Source of the DNA: an uncultured Nitrososphaerales archaeon
GTDB taxonomy: Archaea > Thermoproteota > Nitrososphaeria > Nitrososphaerales > Nitrososphaeraceae
DNA length: 64,000 nucleotides
Direction of reading: 5' to 3'
Assembly: GCA_963709405.1 (NCBI GenBank)
Contig: CAVPXM010000025.1
Location: 15,735-79,734 of the forward strand
Of the stretch, positions 22,194-34,048 are shown in pieces; within the stretch, counting starts at the first letter, position 1; every line of letters starts with the position of its first letter. The position numbers and the translations under genes were made by a program. The notes below the pieces were generated by a model, which worked only from the letters and a program-made list of their open reading frames with translations, did not search any database and was not told the DNA's origin.

Positions 22194-22849
22194 AACAAAA
22201 TGATTGGGCATTCTCTTTTAAGCGCAAATGTCTAATTCATATTACTATTTTGGCATTTTTTTGGTACTCAGTAGTAATAAGGACATAAGAACCGAAAAAT
22301 GCTATCAGCTCTTGGCAGCGGATGCATTCCATTAATAAGGTAGTATTCCCCACCTTTCGTTAAATTGAATGCATGGCGTGTTCATGTTAGAGCCTACGCC
22401 AAGATTTGGCATTTTGTAGAGGATATATGATTATATCGTAATATGTAACTGCTCCAACAATCATAGCAATTGACATGATTCAGATCTAAATCAGAAGTTC
22501 ACTCTTTTCTCTACAGTTAACCATCCTTCTTTTCTTCTTACGGCTGCTAGCATCTTTTTAACTGGTAAGAAAGAATCTATAATTTGTTTTTGTAAATCTT
22601 TTATGGACAAAAAGACGATAATAAGATTGTCTATATAGTTATTCAACACATAACCCAGATATTGTACTTTAATTGACAACACACTATCACATTCATGCAT
22701 TAACTTAGAACCCATTCGAAAAGTGTTCGATCTCAATCGAGCTGTAAGCAGACGGTGTTTGGTCGATAAGCCCAATCTGAACACACCCATCATCAGAGTT
22801 GATCAGTCAAACTCGATTAAACGCATTGGGTTATCTCATTTATAAAAGA

Positions 22850-24120
22850 GCTGCTGTCTAGCTTAGAAAATATTGATAAATCTATGCTTGCTCCTGGTTT
22901 CATTATTTCTCTAAGAGTTCTTCCTGAATCTTTGTCTCTCCACCACTTATCTCCAAATCTATTTTCTATGAAGGCGTTTAGTTCGGCTCGCTCTTACTGC
23001 TGCCAGCAAATAGCTTGGCACATACAATATATTTTCAGGAAGAATATGGTGCAATAACCAATATTCTCCGGATATCTCAAAGCTCGTATACTCTTTAATA
23101 AGTCTAGAGTAGAGTTTGCAAGCCTGATCTATTGACAAGTTTTCTTTCCAATATTGTAACTTCATTAATGAATTGGCAGTATAGAAGGTGACAAAAAATA
23201 AGTCCATAAATTTATTTCTTGATATTAACTTGTTGACTACATTATCATTTCCAGAACCAATAACCGTTCTTAAATAGTTACTATTCTTAGTTAGGTTTTC
23301 CAAAAACATAGAAAATATTTCTGCTGTTCCCATAGGAATCTTGTAGTTGTCCCAATACTGATTGTTTGCATCTACTGAACTAATATGCATGGCGTGTCCA
23401 GTCTCGTGAAAGCGAGCTTGAAAATCAAAATAAGGGCTCTCTCTTTTGTAGAGGATACGAATATCGTTAGGTATTCTTACAAAAAAGCATATGGGTGATG
23501 GATATTTATTTTTTCTATCTTGAGTATCAAAATGGATCTTGGACAAATCAAATTGCATGTTTGTCAGTATTCTTTTTACTTCTGCAACAGGATCTATAAC
23601 TGAAAAATTACTAGCTATATCGGAAAATATTTTGTTTCTGAAAAAGTAAAAATCATCATAGTATTCTGGTTCTCTCCCGAGAACCCTTTTCCCAATATCC
23701 ATTAATGCCTCTCTAAACGGCTTCCTCGTTTTTTGGCCCACAGATTCTATAACTCTGACTAATTTATCGTATGATATATTTTCATGTTCCAAATAAGGAG
23801 GAGCTGGGTCCAATTTATTCCTCTTTTTTTCATTATAAGTATGACTGTATTCTTGGTAGGTTGTTTTATTTGCGAAAATCTCTTTTCTACGATAGGGGAC
23901 AAGTATTTTGTCTTTGTGATAAATTCATCAAATACCTCTTTCCGGTCTTTATCATTTTGTTCAACGCTATTAAACTGTCGCCAAGTGCTCCAATTGACTG
24001 GATGACCCTTGTATTTATGTCTTGATGACTTAATACGATTATTTCTTGCATCCTGAAGCTTTAACTCTAACTTCTTGGTTTTAGAGTAAGTTATACTCTG
24101 TATAGCCCCAAGAAGACCTG
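22850..24120 (-). pseudogene. M3/M32-like gluzincin metallopeptidase, frameshifted and 5'-truncated
   Basis: FHETGHAMH (HExxH), AEIFSMFLE, RKNKYPSPICF, YVPSYLLA; main ORF 22959-23813. Confidence 0.8.
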
Positions 24121-24166
24121 GTCTTGGATGAGAAAAAAAGTCGATAAAGAGCCTTGAATTTTCTAT

Positions 24167-24211
24167 GGTTACATTTTTAATTACCTACTTGGGTTACACT
24201 TTGCTGCTTAG
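24167..24211. repeat. 45-bp duplicated segment (second copy 35622-35666), possible promoter/operator
   Basis: GGTTACATT.TTAA.TACCTAC.TGGGTTACACTTTGCTGCTTAG, 3 mismatches; internal GGTTACA direct repeat. Confidence 0.8.
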
Positions 24212-24469
24212 CTCTTGTATGTGTACTGAATGTAATTAATCATGAACCCGTGACTCCATTGTCTAGTCTTTAGTGTCGATATACAGTTCCTACTATTCTC
24301 GAATTGTCTTCAAGACTCTTTCAGTTCGAATCTTTCTTGATGCAGAGTGTCTATTTGAGACGATGTCTCTAGATAAGCTGTACGATATTGAACCAGAGTA
24401 GTATGTAAATCAAATATTTGTCTCTCCAGACTCTCTTTCTTTGATTCTAAGAGATCTACTTCTCTTCGT

Positions 24470-24686
24470 AAGGCAAAACCTCTGCCTAAAGGCAGTGCCG
24501 TTACTAACGATAAACGGAGATAATCTTGTGCTTCAGAAACAAATTAAAGAACTGACCGAAAAGACCACCAATAATGACTATCTTCTTAATGCAAAGCTCC
24601 AGGAGAAAGACGACGCACTGGCTACTCTATCAGATCAAGTCATGAAACTTATGGTAGAAATGCAGGAACTGAAGATGCAACGTTAG
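24470..24686 (+). pseudogene. Tyrosine integrase C-terminal coiled-coil remnant
   Basis: LKAVPLLTIN..LQKQIKEL..NNDYLLNAKLQEKD aligns with YLRCAHALIIND..DNQFLINAKL of 47170. Confidence 0.7.
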
Positions 24687-24759
24687 ATGAATTATTTTAC
24701 CGTCATAAAGCGAGCATGGACTCGTCAAGGCTTTATCTATCCAAGAATAAAACACTTTG

Positions 24760-25788
24760 CTAGGTGTTCTTTCTCAAAGCCATTAGCTTATTATATCCAT
24801 CCTCGAAATCCTTGTGAATCTCCTCTAGAACGGTCATAAACTTTGTATCCTCGGCAAGAATCCGATGGATATTCTTTTCTTGCAAATGAGCAGATTCTCT
24901 CCCTATCTCGGTAACTAGCACGCAGATTGCTATTTCGGCTAACCTCTTTATAACAAATTCATTATTGCTTGCCACAGTCTTAAAGGCCGTAAGCTCGGAA
25001 AACAAATCCAACATTTTATATTCGTACCTCCTAGGCTTGCCATCGAAATCTGTTGTGGCTATTGCTTTTCCTTTTTCTCTTTCCAATTTAATAATTATAT
25101 CAATCTCCGAAGTGGTTATCCTTATCGTACTTTCGTCAGGCGTTTTTTCTATCTTTGTGTTATCTAGGTATTCTATTCTGAAGACCTCCTTTAAAGACGT
25201 CAATAATTCTTTATCATTTTCACCAGGTACTTTATTCCACGAGAATTGTGGAATCATATAAGGTATTTTCTCGGCTAGATCTGCGTGTCTGCAACAATCA
25301 TGCACGAATTTGAATAGTTTAGTAAGCAAGTAGACATCTGCAGTACTGATTGTTTGTTTCTCAAAGTAAGGATACAAAAATAATTCAAATACAGCGCTAT
25401 TTTCATAATTCTTCATGAAATTATTAACGTGAGAGACTGGTTCTTTGCCCTGTCTTACAGACATTTGATCGACAAGTATGCCATGATATCTCAAATTTAG
25501 GAACAGTTGATATATGCCATTATCTGTTAACCTAAAATATTTTTCGTTATGTCGACGCCTGGTTCTTTTAACATTCACTTCTTCCTCAATTAAATTCGAA
25601 GATCTCAGTTTTTGAACTAGAATATGTACATTCTTGTACTTTCTTTGTATTTTCGTATTTTTGATACTATTAGTAATTTCTGTCATCGTAAGGCTTTGTG
25701 ACTGAGCAACGAGTTCATTGAGCTTTATATTGATACTTTGAAGCCTTTCGAGCGTCATCGATGGGTCGTTATACTTTTCAGAGGCCAT
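24760..25788 (-). CDS. Hypothetical protein with an N-terminal wHTH-like region
   Basis: LTMTEIT..YKNVHILVQKLRSSNLIEE..YFRLTDNG; likely ATG 25788, divergent from AbrB. Confidence 0.7.
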   Translation of the reverse strand: MASEKYNDPSMTLERLQSINIKLNELVAQSQSLTMTEITNSIKNTKIQRKYKNVHILVQKLRSSNLIEEEVNVKRTRRRHNEKYFRLTDNGIYQLFLNLRYHGILVDQMSVRQGKEPVSHVNNFMKNYENSAVFELFLYPYFEKQTISTADVYLLTKLFKFVHDCCRHADLAEKIPYMIPQFSWNKVPGENDKELLTSLKEVFRIEYLDNTKIEKTPDESTIRITTSEIDIIIKLEREKGKAIATTDFDGKPRRYEYKMLDLFSELTAFKTVASNNEFVIKRLAEIAICVLVTEIGRESAHLQEKNIHRILAEDTKFMTVLEEIHKDFEDGYNKLMALRKNT

Positions 25789-25841
25789 AAGGTATAACGA
25801 CTCGAAATAATTAAAAGCATTTTCTAGAAGTTCTGAATTAT

Positions 25842-26030
25842 ATGAGCGAAAGTATTGAAAGTAAAGAAAGGATTCAAAAGGAAATAATCCGCACTTGGCT
25901 GACTGGACGTACGTCATGCACTCTAGTAATCCCTAGGGATTTCGCGAAGGAGTACCGGTTAGATGAGCCATCGCACGTAATTGTCGAAGCTAGACCTGAA
26001 GGTATCCTTATTAGAAAACTGGAACTTTAG
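25842..26030 (+). CDS. AbrB/MazE/SpoVT-like DNA-binding protein
   Basis: SCTLVIPRDFAKEYRLDEPSHVIVEARPEGILIRKL. Confidence 0.8.
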   Translation: MSESIESKERIQKEIIRTWLTGRTSCTLVIPRDFAKEYRLDEPSHVIVEARPEGILIRKLEL

Positions 26031-26142
26031 GAGTTGTTAACAATAAACACACACATATCACCACAATCGCCCCTTAGGTTGGTCCCCTTGTGTGATTGCG
26101 GTGGTTGTAGATACATCAGCAAGGAGCTGAAATACCATACAC

Positions 26143-26532
26143 ATGAATAATGCCTGTAACATAGATATAGACCTTGCTAGTGAGAATGGTGATTGGACAA
26201 TCGAATGCTTTGTTGACAAGCTGTTTCTCTCATTAGCAAAGACAAGAGAATGCATTACAAATTATAAAGGTGAAACAATACATGTTAAAAAATACTATCG
26301 TAGAGCAAGAGATATTTTAAAAATAATTCCTATCCGGCGACCACCTCCTATTTTTATTATCAACATTTCTGACCTGCCACAAAGAATAATAGATGAATTT
26401 GAGACCGTTACTGATATTAAGACCCGTACTTATGTTATTACGCAAGCAGTAGGGCGAATCTTTGAAAATCTTGATTTTGAATATTATCACATTAGCATAG
26501 CAAGAAATCTTCGTGTAGGATTTGAAAAATAA
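26143..26532 (+). CDS. Conserved element-associated hypothetical protein (paralogue of 49946-50365)
   Basis: PPPIFIINISDLPQRI..VGRIFENLDFEYYHIS versus PLPEFVIYIEDIPQVI..VRRIYESVNPDYFHIS. Confidence 0.7.
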   Translation: MNNACNIDIDLASENGDWTIECFVDKLFLSLAKTRECITNYKGETIHVKKYYRRARDILKIIPIRRPPPIFIINISDLPQRIIDEFETVTDIKTRTYVITQAVGRIFENLDFEYYHISIARNLRVGFEK

Positions 26533-27626
26533 ATGAGTTCGATTGACGATTCAATAGGCCATGTATATAGTAATAGTGGAAACGGCTCGGGAAAAGAAAA
26601 TTTAAGAAGAGAGGCGGACAAGACAAAACAAGTAGGTAACGGCAAATGCAAAAACAAGACCAAGGATAATGAAGTTTCAGAGGCGCAATCCACTGGAAAA
26701 ATTAAACGACGTTGTATAGCATACAAATATTCCTCTAGAGGAAAAGGTGTTCTACGTGAGGCTGTTACTATATCTGGACTGCCTGTTTTTTTGGAATATG
26801 GCAACGGCAAACTCAAAATTGTGGAAAATATAGAAGAACAAGGCAGGATAATAAAACCTCCTAATTCCGAAGAATATCCGTATGAACCTTATGAGTTTGC
26901 CAACATGAACCAAGTCATGGAATATGTAGATCGTGCAAAATCTATGTCGATAGATTCTCTCTATACACAAGTTAAACGGTTTGTAACTGAATATAATGAT
27001 CAGGATCAATCTAAACTAACATTAGTTGCATTAGACATCATTTTTTCCTACTTCTAAGATAAATTCGCTACTACCCACTATACAAGTATTGTGGGTGACA
27101 ATGATAGTGGTAAATCCAGCTTGGGCATAACTTTTGAAGCTTTAGGATATCGACCCGTGTACATGACTGACCCATCAGCAGCCAACGTATTCCGTTGTCT
27201 CGGAAACGTAGAGCAGGGACAATGTACTATAATACTCGATGAGGCCGACAAAATAGATAAATCTCCTGAGATGATGGCAATATTAAAAACCGGATATCAG
27301 CTTAGCGGCAAGTACCAAAAATTAATAACAACACTTTACGACAAGAATTTTTTTGGACTTATGGTTTGAAAATCATCATTGCGGAAAAATCTATGAATAT
27401 AATACAAGCAAAAGGCGTTCTTGACCGCACGTTTTCATTTACAGCTTACCCCGGAGACTCAGTCTTTGATATTAAAGAAACCATAAATCCTCAAGCAGAT
27501 ATTGACTGTAAAGCACGGCTGGACGAACTTTTGTCGTTCAGAAAAATGCTACTGATTTACAGGTTGCTTCATTTCAAAGACCCAGTAATCAATATTGATA
27601 CCGGTCTGAAGAGAAGGTCCGTATGA
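26533..27626 (+). pseudogene. P-loop NTPase / putative replicative helicase (DUF3631-like), with a stop, a frameshift and truncation
   Basis: EYPYEPYEF, Walker A GDNDSGKSS, DPSAANVFR, Walker B IILDEAD, LKTGY. Confidence 0.8.
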
Positions 27627-27771
27627 CGAAGGTCATCATCACGATCATCGTTGCCCTTAATATTACCATCAGATCGGCAACTAACTAACCTTAAGACTTA
27701 GTAAATAAGTTTATACTAATATTTGACGGATACCTAGCGAAACCTTCTATTTGCGAATTGTGCTAAGTATA

Positions 27772-27990
27772 ATGCAACTAAACAGACAGGAAATAGAAAA
27801 TCTTATCATAAATCTATATTATGATCAATAGAAGACTTATCGAGAAATACAGCAAATAGTAAGAAAATCTCCACGTGATATTAGGGCCATTCAAAATAAG
27901 GTAGAGCCAGGACGTTCCTCTCTATCCACACAGGCACAAGCTTACAGACTTTTTTCTGAAGGAAAGACTCCATTAGAAGTTGCTATTATT
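27772..27990 (+). pseudogene. HTH/coiled-coil protein remnant (paralogue of 53333)
   Basis: MQLNRQEIENLIINLYYDQ*KTYREIQQIVRKSPRDI..QAYRLFSEGKTPLEVAIIL. Confidence 0.8.
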
Positions 27991-28063
27991 TTAGACACCG
28001 TTAAAAATGTAATCGGCATAAAATAGAGTCACCTCGTATTTATGTGCCGATTAAAGTGTCTAA
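27991..28063. repeat. 73-bp imperfect long inverted repeat at the truncation point of element 1
   Basis: TTAGACAC..TAATCGGCATAAAATAGAG-TCAC-CTCGTATTTATGTGCCGATTA..GTGTCTAA. Confidence 0.7.
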
Positions 28064-28593
28064 CAGAATGTGAACTGGTTTGTCTGCACTAATAGATAAT
28101 TGAAATGTCTCTTAAATTTTCGCCAACTACAGGATTTGCTGCCAGCATGTCTGGGAATGAACCGTATTTGTATCACAGTAGCATAAGCAGACCCTTCACT
28201 ATTGTTACTCATATCAGCTCAAGGACATGTATCAATACCAATGGTTGGCTTTTGATTAGTATCCCCATGAACTATGGAGTGATCCGTCAGTTTCCAATCA
28301 GATTTTTTTAGCGTTTATGTGCAAACATTACTTAGCTCCTGTCGATTGATATGACAGTTTATTTTTCTATTCATGGGTTATAGGAGATTTCTTTTGGTAA
28401 ACCAGACAGGAGGACCAAACAAACAATTTGGATCCCTAAAATGTAAATATGTTTTACGAATAATACTCTCTATGAACAAGTGATATGAAAGTTGTAACTT
28501 TTTATTTTATGATAAAATCTATGTAGAGCACTAACATTTAGATGAATGTACCTTAACTATTATATACAATATTCAGTTCTAGTTAGCACAGTA

Positions 28594-28980
28594 ATGAACA
28601 GAAATAAGCTTATGTCAATTGTTGCTATCACAGTTGCAGTTGCATTCTTGACGTCATCAATTGCAATTGCAAGCCCTGTATTCGCAAAGAAAGGTAGTAG
28701 TGGCGACAATGGTGGTGGTAGTAGTAGCGGTAGTAGTAGCAGTAGTAGCAGTAGTAGCGGTAGTAGTGCAGCAGCAGTAGCAGCAGTTCATCCAATAGCG
28801 ATTATGATAGTTTTCAGAAATGTCTTTCTGATGCTGCGACAGGTGGTTCTGCAACAGAACAGCAGGTAAAAGATTGCTTTGATTCTACATATGGAGGGGG
28901 TAGCAGTAGGCAGCGGTGGCAGCAACGACAATTCTGGTGGCGGCAGTGATACAGGTAATAATAGCCCAGACAGTAATCAA
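28594..28980 (+). pseudogene. Secreted Ser/Gly-rich protein, frameshift within the AGT/AGC repeat
   Basis: Signal peptide ..SPVFA, poly-Ser, then SDYDSFQKCLSDAATGGSATEQQVKDCFDSTYGGG in another frame. Confidence 0.7.
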
Positions 28981-29142
28981 TAATACCAAGGCCAACAAAT
29001 AGCAGAATATAAGACAGTCGGCGAAGCTCAGTAATAGATGGAGCTGTCTCAGAGATATCTATCCATTCCTTTATTTCTCTTTTAGTGTTATTTTTTTGTG
29101 GTAATAGTTGCATGAAGTTTTGACACAAGGATCCTGAAAGGG

Positions 29143-29470
29143 ATGCTTGAAGAATGCGGCTTTGAGGTCTACGTTGCCCCAGATCAACACTCGCTAGAAG
29201 GATTCACTCAAAACATTTTATCAAATCTTGAGAAATCTGAATACTATCTTTTCATCGACTTCATAAGGGAAGAGATTGAAAATAAGGAAGAGAAGAGCAA
29301 AACCAGTCGAAATTTTAGAGGCTCGTTATTCACTCATCAGGAATTAGGTATAGCAACGTAGGAAGGAGTATATTAAAAAGGAACATATTCTTATTTTTCA
29401 AGAAGAAGGCGTCTTAGAAAGAGATGGAATAAAAGGCTTTGTCCAGGCTGATCCTATAACATTTGGGAAG
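29143..29470 (+). pseudogene. TIR-like / nucleotide-binding domain remnant
   Basis: GFEVYVA..ILSNLEKSEYYLFIDF..SLFTHQELGIA*..IFQEEGVLERDGIKGFVQ. Confidence 0.45.
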
Positions 29471-30143
29471 CATTTCTGAGCATAGCAAGAGAGCCCTTTA
29501 ATATGCTGGTCAAAGGAGCTAGTTAGTAGTTCTTGGGCTAATTCTTTCCCTGATTTAGACCCTTTGCTGTATAAATTAAGAACTCATGGCGGTTGTTCAA
29601 ATTGTTTTGCGTCGACATCAGAAACTGAGTTTACAGAAACACAACCCAACTTGGAAATACTATCTTCTTCTAGTATGTCGTTTTTCGATTAGTTATTTCT
29701 CTTCCCTGCTCACACCATTTAACACATCAACTAAGTGATATAGTTTATTATACTTCTGAATTGTTTGTTCTACTTGTTTGCGTTCTGGTCTTTCGTCATA
29801 AGGGATTTTGCCCATAAACCGATTTCTCCACATTTCACTCTGTTGGTATTCCTTGCGTCACCATTCGAGATTTTTGTAATTATCAACGTCGCGTAATCTC
29901 TTATTCTGCGGCTTCTGCTTCATACTCGATTTCAAGTTCAAGATCTTCTATGCAATCCTTCCTTTCTTGTTCTGTCATTGAGATCCACCGTTCATCATTT
30001 TTTATTCTACGTTCTCCTCCTTCTCTGACTTTCTTTTATTGTTCTCTCCTATCTCAATTAATGCGTCATTCCAAAATCCATTTACATACCTATACTCTGT
30101 GATATTTAGTATGGGATCTCTGAACTTGACGGCAATCTCTCAT

Positions 30144-30330
30144 CTACGTTCTCTTTATTAGATTGCCTTTCATCTGTACAAATTCTGCTTCTGTAATTAC
30201 TCCTTGATCCCTTAATTTTGCAAGTTTAGATAATTCATCAGCTATGGATGTTATTGAATGGCTATTTGATTGAATTTGAGTGGTAGTCTCCTCTTCCTTG
30301 TCTACGGTTTCTGGTGGTTCATGACTGGAC
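30144..30330 (-). pseudogene. SHOCT-domain protein C-terminal remnant
   Basis: SIADELSKLAKLRDQGVITEAEFVQMK. Confidence 0.75.
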
Positions 30331-30487
30331 GATTCTTGTCCTTTTAGAGTATAAAGATAGTCCAGACAAATAGAATTTATAGCAATATACAATTTAAGGT
30401 ATAGAACAAATATCTGATTTAACATGTCATAAAATATCTCCGAATACAGATAAACCTTACAACAAATCATTCCTTGATGAATATTCG

Positions 30488-30740
30488 GTGATTGGCAATA
30501 AACTTGGGTTGATAACTATTACATCTACGATAACGACAGTATTATTATTTGTGATAACAGGAATTGACACGGATAACAGTGCAACCGCAAAAAAATACAA
30601 GGCTCAGACAATAAGACAGGTTAATAACTGTGGAAATTACGTATCGCTAACAAATGTAAGCTGTTCTAATTTTGGCTTGAATCCTGAAGGACATGAAAGC
30701 ATTAACAAACATAAGTATAGTGAATCGTTCGTTTCTACCT
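30488..30740 (+). pseudogene. Secreted protein N-terminal fragment
   Basis: Signal peptide ..SATA-KKYKAQTIRQVNNCGN..VSCSN. Confidence 0.5.
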
Positions 30741-31026
30741 TTCCCTTAAAACATCTGGGTAAGCTACATACTTTGATTAGGTATTGGCACTATGTAGTAG
30801 CAGATGGGTTATGGATTATCGAAGCAAACTTAAATATCTCTAACCAGAATATCATAGTTATATCGACTAGTACAAGGATCAGTATTTGGCATGCTTTAGC
30901 AGGACAACACTGCGAGCATTTATTTTATAGACAGTATACAGATCATCTAAAATATTTATTATGTCCCAATATTCCAGCTAAATTATCATCTTTATTCCAC
31001 AACTATCCTCAAAGGAGATGAGGTGA

Positions 31027-31305
31027 ATGACTGTTAGTTCGATAGATCATGGTAAACAATGTAAAACAGCAATTATTTTTCCTTGTTACAATTGTGGCTT
31101 GCATAATTTCATATCTTTTCAAAGAATCAAGATTGATAATTATAACTGCGTTCAAAAGGCAAAGTGTCAAATATGCAAATTCGAATGGAGCGAATTTTGG
31201 TACATGCCAGAACGAAGTCAATCCTTCTCTGAGCAGTTGTCTTTATCATCAAAGAGATATAAGAAAATATCAAGAGAAGATAAACCAACAATGCTGCTAC
31301 AATGA
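31027..31305 (+). CDS. Small zinc-ribbon protein
   Basis: IIFPCYNCG..AKCQICKFEWSEFW; GAGGTGA just upstream. Confidence 0.6.
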   Translation: MTVSSIDHGKQCKTAIIFPCYNCGLHNFISFQRIKIDNYNCVQKAKCQICKFEWSEFWYMPERSQSFSEQLSLSSKRYKKISREDKPTMLLQ

Positions 31306-31649
31306 AAAATAATCACAATTAGGATCAAAAGGCGTTTAAAAGCGGCTCAAAATACAGTTAGGACATTATCAAGATGTTATAGCAGAACTTCTAAGTGGCC
31401 TATCATGCTGGGTAGATCATATCTACAATAGTAATAGTATAATATTATCTAGCGTATTAGAGTCAAGCCAAAATTGCTTGCTTAAATAATTATTAACCTA
31501 TTCACATCTATAATATATCTGAGTAATGGCTAGTATAGAAGTTGTTAGTTCTAATCTGGTAAGGAATTGCCGTGCATTAGGAAGTAAATTTATGCAAAGA
31601 TACTTGAAATGAGACTATTCGATTAGATGTTGATAATGATAAATCAGTA

Positions 31650-32054
31650 TTAGATGCAATTGATAGAATAGTAACCGAAAATAATAGGATTTAATTTTAG
31701 TATTAGGGAGCTTGTGGCGTTATTGATCCTGATGATGGCCCTGATGACGAGGACGATGGCCCTGATGACGGAGGATGACTGGAATAACGGGGATGAGACG
31801 GATGACGTCCCTGATGACGATCCAGAAGAGTTTAATGCAGGGGTTGACGGAGTGCTTTTTGGCAATCCACAAATTTCAGATTCAGTGCTATTGACGAAGC
31901 TGAGCCTAGGATTGTCTGGTCTACAGAATTGCTTTACTTGTTCTGGAGTTAGTCCATGCGAGTTCTGACCTTGTTGAGCTTTGACCTGATTTGTAGTTAT
32001 TATAATGAGAGCAAGCATCAATATACTAAATGCCAAAATATAACGATGGTGCAT
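31650..32054 (-). CDS. Secreted protein with a Cys pair and Ser/Gly-rich tail (likely frameshift in the tail)
   Basis: Signal peptide ..VKA; CRPDNPRLSFVNSTESEICGLP; TCATCAGGGCCA repeats. Confidence 0.6.
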   Translation of the reverse strand: MHHRYILAFSILMLALIIITTNQVKAQQGQNSHGLTPEQVKQFCRPDNPRLSFVNSTESEICGLPKSTPSTPALNSSGSSSGTSSVSSPLFQSSSVIRAIVLVIRAIIRINNATSSLILKLNPIIFGYYSINCI

Positions 32055-32807
32055 TTTACCATCTTTTATTGGAAGATATCTATTTTAAAAGTCTTTGTAT
32101 CCTCAATTCATTTTTAGCTCATATACACTTGGTTAATTTTCTTATATTTAATTTAAAATTATTACGTCAATTTATAACACGTAATAATAACATAAAGGAG
32201 TTATTAAAAAATAAGTTTGCTGTAACTGGATGGTCAGGCGTTTCAATTCAGAAGCCGCTAAAATGATCCCTGCTCCTTATTATATACGTTAGTTTAATAT
32301 TCGCCTTGAAGTCATATATTATATGTCTTAGTGTTACAGCCTCAAAATCTTTTCAGATGACACTAGATCGCAACGGTAAAGATTTGTAAAGACTACGATA
32401 TCTGATCTTGGCTATGCTGACTATTCTGAATATTTTATAGGACATTCTACCCTGTGCTTTTTCCATGCATGTTCGAGTCAAAGAAAATACATTGAAGTTT
32501 TATAGATCTACTAAAGTATCATTATTGGAACGTAAGATTGACGTTATGGAAGAAAGAAAATGATTATTTATCATTTTAGAAGCACTTTAAACAAAAATTT
32601 GGTTAATAAGTAAAAGCTTGCAAAGTTAGATTTCTATCCTTTACGCTAACACAAAGAAGTTAAAAAAGAAAGAAAAAGATGATGAATTTATTCTTGCTGC
32701 TTTGTCAGCTCAGCTACAGATGCACCACTCTCGAGTATACTAATCCAGGTATTTGCTAATTTGCTAACTAATGCTTAAATAGTTAAAAATCACCTGTTAT
32801 CGTAAAT

Positions 32808-33042
32808 ATGGGGGATAAGAAAATTATCAACAACAGAAAATCAGATTAACTGCATAAAACATCAATTCTATTCCTCTAACGAATCAATAGTTCAAATTGA
32901 AATTATCGATGCACTTGCAGCATATGGAAAACAAGCATTAAACGCTCTAACTGAAGTCATCAACACACCTGGTATAGATAATCAGGTGAAGGCACATGGT
33001 TTTAAGACGATTGAAGATATCAAGAAAAATTCTTTGAGTTGA
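32808..33042 (+). pseudogene. Small HEAT-repeat-like protein, +1 in an A-run
   Basis: MGDK/LSTTENQINCIKHQF..IEIIDALAAYGKQALNALTEVIN..VKAHGFKTIEDIKK. Confidence 0.55.
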
Positions 33043-33418
33043 TATGTTTGTAGCTTAACGTCATACCTTATTCACTAGTTAGATCGATTCGCAGTTACTG
33101 AATATATATCAGATACAATAGGAGTTATAGATGTTTTATTACTAGTGGGGCTGAAAATTTGTGTCCTTCTATTCTCCGAATATTTTCAAGGTACTCTCAC
33201 CTTGAGTTGTAATACTAACATTGCTCTGTCTGCCTCTGTATTCTACTTCCGTCATTGGATTATCCAGACCGCCACTAACGCTGATAGGATTTAATAATCC
33301 TTTCAATTTGCTATGTTTGGCTGCCATTGAGAGATCTTTCCTAATTAAATCTGCTTCTTCTAATTGCTCTATAAGGTTACTTTTCTTCATTTTACCTCCC
33401 TTGACTCCACTCAATATC

Positions 33419-33790
33419 TTAAGTATAAAAAGAGATTCTGGCTTGGGCCGAAAACATTATGTTAAATCCTACCAATACAGAAACTGCTATGAGAATGATT
33501 AAATTTATTGGAAATATGAATAGGCCTATATGATCGGTAATGTAAATTGATAAAGCGGGTGCATAACCTACCGGGCCATAAGTTATCGTTGTTACTGATG
33601 GTGTATTATCTATACCGTACAAGTATTTGAAGCTCTGAGAACAAAGTAAATAAACCTACATGAGAAATATCTAAAATTATCAACTGGAGTAGTGGTACTA
33701 TCTCAGATAGTATGTTCTATCAAAATAAGGAGAGCTCCTTCGAAGACGCTAATAGTGAAAGCTTCCATAACCATTCGCACAACACCAAGA
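33419..33790 (-). pseudogene. Membrane protein fragment
   Basis: PSVTTITYGPVGYAPALSIYITDHIGLFIFPINLIILIAVSVLVGFNI. Confidence 0.5.
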
Positions 33791-34048
33791 AAAAATAGAC
33801 TTCCTTACATTTTTTATTTTTGTAATTTATAGAATAGTGTTCGGTCTTGCATTAGCGAAGACAAATATCTTGGACCATACATGCTTTAGCATATAATTCA
33901 TCAACGAATCAAAGTCGGCCTCATTGGGCGTTATTTTTTGCTTCAACCATATTAATTCAGTTAAGTCTTTTTATAGCATAATATACCGTATAACAAATAT
34001 CATATTATATTGCATTACACATATGATAAATTATAACAATAATTATGG

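Larger units (their letters stand above)
24470..27990. mobile_element. Degraded integrative element 1 (paralogue of 47105-54398)
   Basis: Same gene order as element 2: integrase C-terminus, minus-strand ORF, AbrB, small ORF, P-loop NTPase, HTH remnant. Confidence 0.75.

Noticed and set aside
27991-28063. Integron attC site
   Set aside because: End motifs are in the wrong order, no array, and no IntI-type integrase recognised
28715-28800. AGT/AGC tandem repeats (also CAA at 7211 and GATGAC at 31730) as CRISPR or VNTR
   Set aside because: Low-complexity coding tracts; no repeat-spacer structure anywhere in the window
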